From IMG/VR virus record IMGVR_UViG_3300028914_000061, positions 84,073-148,072 of that record: a stretch of 64,000 nt of DNA. One strand, given 5' to 3'. The position numbers and the translations under genes are program-made. The stretch is from a virus. Its lineage: Duplodnaviria; Caudoviricetes. Positions 18,347 through 25,207 of this stretch are shown here, one piece after another; position 1 is the stretch's first letter; the number at the start of each line of letters is the position of its first letter. Below the pieces are notes generated by a model. The model had not been told where the DNA came from. It ran no database searches and saw only the letters and a program-made list of their open reading frames with translations.

Positions 18347-19078
18347 ATGAAGTATAACGTTGGCGGAACTATGCTGTCCTGCATTTTTAGAGATGGCATT
18401 GAAGCATCTTCAAAAGAAGAGGCTGTCGAAAAATTTAAAAAGATTGTTCAAAAAAGCATCAGTGGCGTTGATTGGCTTGAATGGCGTGAAGTTGAGGCTG
18501 AGGAAGTCAAAGACTACACTACCAAAATCAACAAGGTTCTCGCTGATTGTGGCTACGGCTCATCATACATGGTTGATAAAACACCAAAACTTGTTTGCAG
18601 TGGCGCACCTACCACTCCCAAGTGTTTCAATAACGTTGATGTCTATAAGGCAGAAGTTAGATGCGGTGGCGTTCTGTATTTCATTGTCATTGGAACAGAC
18701 ATTTACCTGCCGGTGACCCAAGACCATTTCTGTATGCCCACAAGTGACTTTTGGGAGAAAGATTTGGGCTTGAATAACGTCCTCAAAATGTTTTGGATGG
18801 CAAGAAACAACATCTATGCGTTCAACAATAGTGGCGACTTGATTGCTCTCTATCTTTCGTCAAGAAACTATGGAATGTCCACGCTTGGCGCACGAATCAT
18901 GAACATCATTACCAAGTTGCCCGATTATTTGAAGATTGGATACTTCCTTATGAGGTCGGAATCAAGATACCTTGAAATGAAGTCTTGTGACGGAAAACAC
19001 ACGTTGAAGGCAACATTCTCATCTTGCGAAGACGAATATCCTGATACGTTCATGCAAATTTCAAAGATTATTCCGTAA
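18347..19078 (+). CDS. Hypothetical protein
   Basis: 243 aa; own promoter. Confidence 0.8.
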   Translation: MKYNVGGTMLSCIFRDGIEASSKEEAVEKFKKIVQKSISGVDWLEWREVEAEEVKDYTTKINKVLADCGYGSSYMVDKTPKLVCSGAPTTPKCFNNVDVYKAEVRCGGVLYFIVIGTDIYLPVTQDHFCMPTSDFWEKDLGLNNVLKMFWMARNNIYAFNNSGDLIALYLSSRNYGMSTLGARIMNIITKLPDYLKIGYFLMRSESRYLEMKSCDGKHTLKATFSSCEDEYPDTFMQISKIIP

Positions 19079-19143
19079 AATTATAATTGTCATACTATTT
19101 ATTTTTTAGGAGTTTAATAATAACTTTTAATAAATAAATTAGT

Positions 19144-19506
19144 ATGGCGATTACAATAGCAGCTTTACTGCAACAACTTTTAATCTTTATCCCTACCATT
19201 ATTGCAAGTACAACAGTTATCACTGGTGCTATTAACGGTGCTTTCGATATTGAAAATGCAAATGCAAAGCATATCATATCATGGGTCGTAGCAATATTAT
19301 GCGGAGTATTGACAGTCTTAACAGGCGGGTTGACATTCGGATTAGGCTGGGTTGATTACTTAATTGGTGCAGGTTTCGGTCTCGTAGCAGGAGGCGCAGC
19401 AAATGGATTGTACGATTGGCCAGCAATATCAAATATCATTGACAAATTCTATGACTTGTTCGGTCACGGAGAAACAATAAAGGCCAAACGTGCAGTGAAA
19501 AAGTAA
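19144..19506 (+). CDS. Membrane protein, holin-like
   Basis: 3-4 hydrophobic segments, basic C-terminus. Confidence 0.55.
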   Translation: MAITIAALLQQLLIFIPTIIASTTVITGAINGAFDIENANAKHIISWVVAILCGVLTVLTGGLTFGLGWVDYLIGAGFGLVAGGAANGLYDWPAISNIIDKFYDLFGHGETIKAKRAVKK

Positions 19507-19510
19507 AATA

Positions 19511-19524
19511 TACGCAATTGCGTA
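19511..19524. promoter_or_regulatory. Palindrome TACGCAATTGCGTA
   Basis: Just upstream of the class-2 promoter of the tRNA cluster. Confidence 0.7.
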
Positions 19525-19543
19525 TCGTTTAACTAAAAAAATA

Positions 19544-19575
19544 TTTGATATTAAGAAATTAAAATTGTATATTTA
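19544..19575 (+). promoter_or_regulatory. Class-2 promoter TTTG-N20-TATATTTA (Bacteroidota -33/-7-like)
   Basis: Resembles the Bacteroidota TTTG / TAnnTTTG consensus; lies upstream of tRNA-Gly. Confidence 0.55.
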
Positions 19576-19619
19576 ATAAGTGCTTATGAAGCATAGTAGT
19601 AAGCACTTTTCTATCGAAT

Positions 19620-19692
19620 GCGGCATTCGTATAACGGTTTAGTATACCAGCCTTCCAAGCTGGGGGTGAGGGTTCGATTCCCTTATGCCGCT
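19620..19692 (+). tRNA. tRNA-Gly(UCC)
   Basis: Acceptor GCGGCAT/ATGCCGC; CCAGC-CTTCCAA-GCTGG. Confidence 0.93.
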
Positions 19693-19887
19693 CAAGCAAC
19701 GTTGGCTCGTTTCAAGTACTTTGGCGTTAAACAGTACTCGCTTGGCGGCTATGTTTGTTACTAACCGCATTGCTGCCCACAATGCAAGGAGATGTGGGGG
19801 GCTCAGCGTAGCCTGAATACGTTAGTGGGTGATACCACGAAGTAGTGTTCTTGGGTTTACTACTATCAACAACAAATCCATGCATTT

Positions 19888-19961
19888 GGTCCCTTAGCGC
19901 AGTTGGTTAGAGCAACTGACTCATAATCAGTAGGTCCCAGGTTCAAACCCTGGAGGGACCA
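19888..19961 (+). tRNA. tRNA with CAU anticodon, probably Ile2 (lysidine type) rather than elongator Met
   Basis: Acceptor GGTCCCT/AGGGACC; ACTGA-CTCATAA-TCAGT. Ile2 identity is inferred from resemblance. Confidence 0.88.
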
Positions 19962-20157
19962 CAAACAGAGAGGATGTTTCTAATTAAAATTAGAGACCCC
20001 GACTTGGCAAGGCATCCTCTTCTGTTATGTTACGTACCGGGGCTACTCAAGCCAATGGGTAGTCAACGAGGGTGACACCGAGTGAATGGAGGCCGGCTTT
20101 CCATTTGCGCCTATGGTGTTATAAAAGAGATGGACCGTACATCAACGTAACAAACTT

Positions 20158-20232
20158 GGGAGATTGGCGCAGTCGGTACAGCGCAACTGGCTTACATCCA
20201 GCAGGTCGGGGGTTCGAATCCCTCATCTCCCA
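20158..20232 (+). tRNA. tRNA-Val(UAC)
   Basis: Acceptor GGGAGAT/ATCTCCC; CTGG-CTTACAT-CCAG; GTTCGAATC. Confidence 0.9.
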
Positions 20233-20243
20233 CAGTAATAATA

Positions 20244-20257
20244 TACGCAATTGCGTA
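20244..20257. promoter_or_regulatory. Palindrome TACGCAATTGCGTA
   Basis: Between tRNA-Val and tRNA-Leu. Confidence 0.7.
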
Positions 20258-20266
20258 TGCATTTAT

Positions 20267-20351
20267 GGCGGGGTGGTGGAATTGGTAGACACGGCAGACT
20301 TAAAATCTTCTGGACTAACCGTCCGTGCGGGTTCGAGTCCCGCTCCCGCTA
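20267..20351 (+). tRNA. tRNA-Leu(UAA)
   Basis: Type II with long variable arm GGAC-TAACC-GTCC; anticodon loop CTTAAAA. Confidence 0.9.
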
Positions 20352-20381
20352 CAATTAAAACTTTAATCTAAAACTTTAACC

Positions 20382-20780
20382 ATGGAAAACGAAAGTAAAC
20401 TCTCAAAAATTTTAGTGATTATTATGATTCTTGGAATCGCTGCTCTTGGTGCTGTATTGTATTTTGCAATTCAGGATTCAAGAGAACGACAGGAACTTGC
20501 TGAGCAAGCAAAGATTGATGCTCAGGTTGATGTCAATAGAATTGATGATTCAACTTATCATTTCAACCTGGGGGATGGCGGTTCCTGTTTTACACTTGGA
20601 CTTGCTAACGATACCCTGACGGTAGATATGGTCAACGTAATGCTCTGCCACATTGATAACGATACCATCACAGTAATTACAATGAGAAATAAGGCCAAGC
20701 ATGGGTATCAATTCAACTATTCTCATTATTTCAAGGGAAGCGTACCGGAGAAGTCCAAGGTTAAGTTTATCCATAACTGA
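20382..20780 (+). CDS. Membrane-anchored hypothetical protein within the tRNA cluster
   Basis: N-terminal TM helix. Confidence 0.75.
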   Translation: MENESKLSKILVIIMILGIAALGAVLYFAIQDSRERQELAEQAKIDAQVDVNRIDDSTYHFNLGDGGSCFTLGLANDTLTVDMVNVMLCHIDNDTITVITMRNKAKHGYQFNYSHYFKGSVPEKSKVKFIHN

Positions 20781-20857
20781 CGGGGCGTATCCGCTCAAGC
20801 TTATACCTTGTTGAAACGGTAATTGGTTACATGTAGGTTCGATTCCTACCGTCCCGA
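20781..20857 (+). tRNA. Non-canonical tRNA-like RNA, UAU (Ile) anticodon, no normal D arm
   Basis: Acceptor CGGGGCG/CGTCCCG; CAAG-CTTATAC-CTTG; T arm GTAGG-TTCGATT-CCTAC; extra GTAA-TTGG-TTAC hairpin 3' of the anticodon arm. Confidence 0.65.
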
Positions 20858-20887
20858 CAAGAAAAAAATAAAAAAAATACGAAAAAA

Positions 20888-20919
20888 TTTGTTTTTTTTC
20901 AAATTTAATTGTATATTTA
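20888..20919 (+). promoter_or_regulatory. Class-2 promoter TTTG-N20-TATATTTA
   Basis: Same boxes and spacing as 19544; lies upstream of the structured RNA/tRNA-fMet block. Confidence 0.55.
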
Positions 20920-20929
20920 TAACGTTAGA

Positions 20930-20994
20930 AGAAAACATACAGCAACTATTCAATACACAAAGAGAGGGTTTTTGTTTGTCATACTGTTTTCTGA
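20930..20994 (+). ncRNA. Stem-TACAGCAA RNA motif, copy A
   Basis: AGAAAACA-TACAGCAA...TGTTTTCT-GA. Confidence 0.55.
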
Positions 20995-21108
20995 TAACAT
21001 GAAAATAATCAAATTTATACATAGACTGCTGAGAAGCAAGCCAATTTAATTTAAAGTTAAGTTCAAAACAGTTAGGTAGGTCTGTTTGAAGTAAAACAAA
21101 ACCTCCGG

Positions 21109-21188
21109 CTCAATTCAGGTTAGAGTGTAACGCCCGTGCCTTGGATAGCGTAAGTACGGAACACAGTGGTCCGAGTCCACAATTGAGA
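21109..21188 (+). ncRNA. Degenerate or atypical tRNA-like RNA
   Basis: Stem CTCAATT/AATTGAG; T-like arm GTGG-TCCGAGT-CCAC; CCGTGC/GTACGG stem with enlarged loop. Confidence 0.5.
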
Positions 21189-21211
21189 CAAGATTAGTTC
21201 TTTGATATTGA

Positions 21212-21283
21212 TGCGGGGTGGAGCAGAGGCAGCTCGCAAGGCTCATAACCTTGAGGTCGGAGGTTCGAATCCTTCTCCCGCTA
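21212..21283 (+). tRNA. Initiator tRNA-fMet(CAU)
   Basis: TGCGGGG/TCCCGCT with unpaired 1:72; CAAGG-CTCATAA-CCTTG. Confidence 0.9.
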
Positions 21284-21288
21284 CTTGA

Positions 21289-21476
21289 AGAAAGCGTACA
21301 GCAAAGCTCAAAATCAAATTAATGTAATTAGTTAATTCAAAGATGATGAGATGCGCACTCTCTCCAAGTCTAGGCGCACAGCCCTTAGATACGGCTGCTA
21401 AGACCAGAGACTTGGGCGTGAAAACCTTGGAAAGTACACAGCGCTAAATGATACATCGGTTTTTCTCGCTTTCTGA
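21289..21476 (+). ncRNA. Stem-TACAGCAA RNA motif, copy B with long structured insert
   Basis: AGAAAGCG-TACAGCAA...CGCTTTCT-GA; two compensatory changes relative to copy A. Confidence 0.55.
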
Positions 21477-21615
21477 AACTTATGGAGTTTTATTAGTTTC
21501 GCTTCTGTTTGAAAAACTAATTGGTGGAGTATAGGACAACCGTACACCCAGGCTTCCATGAGCCTCTTGCTTGGCAAGTTTCGATTTTAAATCATGGAAC
21601 AATGTGTGTTTGTTT

Positions 21616-21648
21616 GCACGGAATTCTCGAATTTCGTGCTTTTTTTTT
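21616..21648 (+). terminator. Terminator ending the tRNA cluster
   Basis: GCACGGAATT-CTCG-AATTTCGTGC followed by a T run. Confidence 0.75.
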
Positions 21649-21787
21649 ATCTAATTGAAATTTCTGGCACGGTTTTTGTTGAATATTGTGGTGTTCATTC
21701 TATATTAAATTATGAACAAATTAAAATTTTAATGCCAAATCGAATAGTCTGGCACGATATTTGATAGGGTAAGAAAAAAGTAAAATT

Positions 21788-21961
21788 ATGACACCTGAAG
21801 AAAATTTAGTTAAAGAACTCAAGGAATGGAGAGATGCTTGTAAGGAAGCACATGAAGAAGGTCTGAAGAAGAATGTCTATGAATTAGGCTTCCATCTTAC
21901 GTACTTACAATTGGATAAGTTAATTAAGAATTACGAAGAAGAAACCATTCCTGAAGCTTAA
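21788..21961 (+). CDS. Small protein upstream of the sigma gene
   Basis: ATG after promoter 21750. Confidence 0.6.
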   Translation: MTPEENLVKELKEWRDACKEAHEEGLKKNVYELGFHLTYLQLDKLIKNYEEETIPEA

Positions 21962-21979
21962 AAATAAAATTTTAATAAT

Positions 21980-22876
21980 ATGATTAATGTGAAGAGTTAC
22001 AATAAAATCAGAAAAAAGGATGACCTCGTTGTTGCCTACTTGACTGACATCAAGGGCTCCAAGAGCAAACCTATCTCTCCTGAGGAAGAGAGAGACCTGC
22101 TTGTGAAGTACTACGCCGATGGTACGTCTGAAGCAGAGAAGACTGAAATCAAGAAGAAGATTGTGATGTCACATCAAAGATTCCTCTATGACATAGCCAA
22201 CTGTTATTCCAATGGCGACAATGGAATGCTGCTTGAACTCATCAATGTCGGAACCATCGGTATGTACGAGACGTTTGACAACTTCGACATCACCAAGGAT
22301 AATAAGTTCATGACGTATGCACAGTACTACGTCCGTAGAGCAATCAAGCACTTCCTGGATGATGAGAACCTTGTGGTGCGTCCTGCAAACAATGCAAAGA
22401 TTACTCCTAAGGTAAAGAAGATTGAAGAGGAATTCTACAGAACTCAGGGCCGTAAGCCTACTATCTTCGAAGTGGAAGACATCCTGTTCGAGAAATATGG
22501 CATCGAACTCGCTGACAGAAATGACATTTATGGAGCCACAATTGAAAGAATTGAAGACACCACTGATGGTTCTGAAGACGATAACTACACATTCGAGATG
22601 TCCAAGGATTTCACAGACTATGCGTCTACTGAGAATGACTACGAAGTCGAAACCAGGAAGAGTGACACCGCTTACGAAGTAGCCAAGGCAATTTCAAGGC
22701 TCCCTGAGCGTGAGGCACAAATCATTAAGATGGCTTATGGCATGGGCGACTACAATAAGCCTTGCAATAACATCGAAATCGGTGAGGCGCTTAACTTAAC
22801 ATCTGAGAGAGTCAGACAACTCAGGAAAGGTGCTGAAGCCAGGTTGAAATCTTTACTTGAAAAAATTGAAGTTTAA
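21980..22876 (+). CDS. Phage-encoded RNA polymerase sigma factor, sigma70/RpoD family
   Basis: Region 1.2 (AYLTDI), region 2 (ELINVGTIGM..FD....KFMTYAQYYVRRAI), region 4.2 HTH (EIGEALNLTSERVRQL); no region 1.1, like Bacteroidota primary sigmas. Confidence 0.92.
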   Translation: MINVKSYNKIRKKDDLVVAYLTDIKGSKSKPISPEEERDLLVKYYADGTSEAEKTEIKKKIVMSHQRFLYDIANCYSNGDNGMLLELINVGTIGMYETFDNFDITKDNKFMTYAQYYVRRAIKHFLDDENLVVRPANNAKITPKVKKIEEEFYRTQGRKPTIFEVEDILFEKYGIELADRNDIYGATIERIEDTTDGSEDDNYTFEMSKDFTDYASTENDYEVETRKSDTAYEVAKAISRLPEREAQIIKMAYGMGDYNKPCNNIEIGEALNLTSERVRQLRKGAEARLKSLLEKIEV

Positions 22877-22901
22877 TTAAAATTTTTGTATATTATAAAC
22901 T

Positions 22902-23213
22902 ATGAAAAAACTTGTATTTGTATTAATATTAGCATTCACCATGGTCCTTACAGGATGTGAATGTGGATGCGGGGTCGAAGGTTCTGTAGTCGAAGTCGAA
23001 CCAAGCGATGTGATGACCATCAAAGTTAACACTGAATTCGGTTGGCGTAAGATTCACAGATATACCTGTGACATCAATGGAGAACTGTGGTACGTATATT
23101 ATGTACAGGACCATGGCATTACCCAACTCGAAAGAGTTAACAGTGTTCCCGGTAATCAGGATAAGCCTGATGACAGCGCTATCCTACAGGAAGAACATTA
23201 TTTCGATTTTTAA
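22902..23213 (+). CDS. Putative lipoprotein
   Basis: MKK + hydrophobic stretch + LTGC lipobox. Confidence 0.7.
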   Translation: MKKLVFVLILAFTMVLTGCECGCGVEGSVVEVEPSDVMTIKVNTEFGWRKIHRYTCDINGELWYVYYVQDHGITQLERVNSVPGNQDKPDDSAILQEEHYFDF

Positions 23214-23238
23214 ATAACAATTAAAATTATACATAGCT

Positions 23239-23679
23239 ATGAATGATAAAGAAGCAGAATTAATCGGAAGATTACAAACAAGTATCAAGTATGGTCCTAA
23301 TTCATGTATCCACCGTCCAAGACCAGAATCAAAACCATCTGAAAAGGTTGACAGAGTTGAACAACTCGTTCAGTCAGTAAGAAGAGCAAAGGACATGACT
23401 AAGAAAGATGACAATGGCGAATATGAAATGGTCAACCATCCTAAGCATTACAACAACTACGATGTAGAAGTTGTTGATATGATGGAAAAGATTTGGGGTA
23501 CGAAAGCAACCATGGAGTGGTGCAAAATGACCGCCTATAAGTATCGCATGCGCATGGGCACAAAACCTGCCGAAGATGATACTAAGGAAGCCATGCAAAA
23601 GAAACTCATGGAAGACTTCAACAAAGAGCAATGGTATCTTGCAAAAGCCAAAGAACTTTCATCAAAATTGTCGCACTAA
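23239..23679 (+). CDS. DUF3310-family protein (T7 gp1.7-like nucleotide kinase family)
   Basis: VNHPKHYN...AYKYRMRMGTK...EDFNKEQWYL. Confidence 0.8.
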   Translation: MNDKEAELIGRLQTSIKYGPNSCIHRPRPESKPSEKVDRVEQLVQSVRRAKDMTKKDDNGEYEMVNHPKHYNNYDVEVVDMMEKIWGTKATMEWCKMTAYKYRMRMGTKPAEDDTKEAMQKKLMEDFNKEQWYLAKAKELSSKLSH

Positions 23680-23697
23680 AGAATAATTAAAATTAAA

Positions 23698-23928
23698 ATG
23701 GTCACAAGAGAACAAGCCAAAGAAAGAGCCCTCGAAATGATTAACCAAATCATTCGTACTGAAGGTGGACAATCCATCGGGCTCACTAAAAAACAAAAAG
23801 GAAAAAATTCATGGACAAATATTGAAATTAAAAATGCAATTATCCATGATTGTAATTTACCTAATGGGCCAAATCCCGTAGATGAGATTTATGATTCCCT
23901 TGTGTATATGGAAAACCATGGTATGTAA
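23698..23928 (+). CDS. Hypothetical protein
   Basis: ORF on coding strand. Confidence 0.68.
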   Translation: MVTREQAKERALEMINQIIRTEGGQSIGLTKKQKGKNSWTNIEIKNAIIHDCNLPNGPNPVDEIYDSLVYMENHGM

Positions 23929-23966
23929 CGCATAGCATACGTAATGAGTTTTTTTTATTATTTTTG

Positions 23967-24000
23967 TGGGCCTTTCGCAAGAAGGGCCCAATTTTTTTTT
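23967..24000 (+). terminator. Intrinsic terminator
   Basis: TGGGCCTTTC-GCAA-GAAGGGCCCA followed by a T run. Confidence 0.75.
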
Positions 24001-24006
24001 ATAATA

Positions 24007-24020
24007 TACGCAATTGCGTA
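24007..24020. promoter_or_regulatory. Palindrome TACGCAATTGCGTA
   Basis: 16 nt before the promoter at 24037. Confidence 0.7.
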
Positions 24021-24062
24021 CTGGTCCTGCATAGTTTGGCACGGTTTTTGATATACATTGCA

Positions 24063-24215
24063 GTGTTATGAATAAGTCACCGCCGTAATATCGGAAACAT
24101 ATTAAACAATTGGATGGCCAAATGCCACACAGGGGCTGAACGCAAAACTGTGAGTAGGAGAGTAGACTCCAACACGTAAAAAGCGAATAGTAGAGTAGAC
24201 TCCAGCATACCCTTT
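24063..24215 (+). ncRNA. Candidate small RNA or long leader
   Basis: Follows promoter 24037; no ORF; AGAGTAGACTCCA twice (24159, 24192). Confidence 0.4.
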
Positions 24216-24288
24216 ATTTTTTTTAATTAAAATTATAATTTTTTAATATATCTACCGACTATTTATTATTATCTAATTTTAATTTTAT

Positions 24289-24543
24289 ATGAACAAATTT
24301 TTAAATGATTTACTCACATTCGTACTTTTTGTGGCAAGTATTGCTTGCTTCTACTTCGCAGTGACAGCCGCTTTCGCTTCTGCATTGCTCAACTTCATTC
24401 TCTTATTCGCAGCAATATTCTTCCTCATCCAAGCGGCAGGTCTTATAGACAAGGCCAAGGGATTCGGAAAGTATTCTAACGATAATTCTCCTACCGTGCC
24501 AAATAAAGTCGAAGAATCCCCTGATAAAACAGAGGATAATTAA
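24289..24543 (+). CDS. 2-TM membrane protein
   Basis: Hydrophobic N-terminal half. Confidence 0.7.
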   Translation: MNKFLNDLLTFVLFVASIACFYFAVTAAFASALLNFILLFAAIFFLIQAAGLIDKAKGFGKYSNDNSPTVPNKVEESPDKTEDN

Positions 24544-24557
24544 AATTAAAATTAAGC

Positions 24558-24582
24558 AAGGGTCTCACAAGGGCCCTTTTTT
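24558..24582 (+). terminator. Terminator ending the left arm
   Basis: AAGGGTCTC-ACAA-GGGCCCTT followed by a T run. Confidence 0.65.
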
Positions 24583-24588
24583 ATTTAC

Positions 24589-24852
24589 AATTAAAATTAT
24601 AATCCACCCATGCCCTGCTCAGCATTAATAATTAAAATTATAATTACAATCCTAATCCCATAATTAAAATTATAATTAACAATTTAAATTTCTAATTAAA
24701 ATTATAATCCATCGTGTCTGACGATTTTGTCTAAATATTTTTTGTGCAAAATAGATTTCCACACTAATGCCATGAGCCACAGTTATTTAGAACCATTCTA
24801 AATTTTAATTGTAATTGTAATTTAGTTTGTTTCTAAATTAAAAATTTTAATT
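24589..24852. repeat. Phased AATTAAAATTATAAT repeats plus inverted cores at the strand-convergence point
   Basis: Direct copies at 24589, 24630, 24662, 24694; inverted cores AATTTTAATT at 24801 and 24843. Confidence 0.75.
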
Positions 24853-25207
24853 GAAATTCCCACAAGCCACAAATGGATTGGCACTTTTCCCACAGGGCCC
24901 AAGCAAAAAAATTCCAATAAAAATCATCCATATTTTTCAGGCAGAAAATATTCGAAAGTTATATTTTGATTCATGCCCGATTTTGTACAAAAAAAAAGAG
25001 GGAGAAATGTGCTAAAAACTCCACATTTTCCCACTTTATACCACTCGGATTATCAGTGTTTTACGAATGTTCTGATTATCAGGCACTTATAACTTTCTCA
25101 TTTTTAATCTCTTAAAATAAAATTGCAATTTAAATTAAACAACCCATCTGAAAATATAAATTACAATTTGTGTATAAGAATGCTATCAAAATGATATTAC
25201 TTTTATA

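Larger units (their letters stand above)
69..24051 (+). promoter_or_regulatory. 39 dispersed copies of a sigma54-like -24/-12 promoter element TGGCAY-N5-TTG(T/A/C), left arm
   Basis: 15-mer starts (T of TGG): 69,780,1037,1608,1946,2485,3012,3628,4265,5037,5429,5793,6052,6378,6856,7338,7759,8081,8492,9016,9506,9918,10281,11119,11701,12013,12381,12938,14110,14650,15637,16140,16524,17166,17245,18289(TGGTAC),21665,21750,24037. Fixed GG-N10-G spacing, usually about 45-65 nt before an ATG. Confidence 0.85.

Noticed and set aside
19693-21600. HDV-like (theta) or hammerhead ribozymes beside the tRNAs
   Set aside because: Core motifs could not be identified by eye; a covariance-model search is needed.
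69-24051. Recurrent TTTGGCACGATT.. motif as a CRISPR array or attC-type integron sites
   Set aside because: Spacing is gene-sized and irregular, copies are degenerate and non-palindromic, and no cas or integrase gene is in the window.
24785-24838. ATTTAG-N7-CTAAAT as a named regulator box (for example Fur)
   Set aside because: No downstream gene start at this convergent site and no way to verify identity; kept only as part of the gap description.
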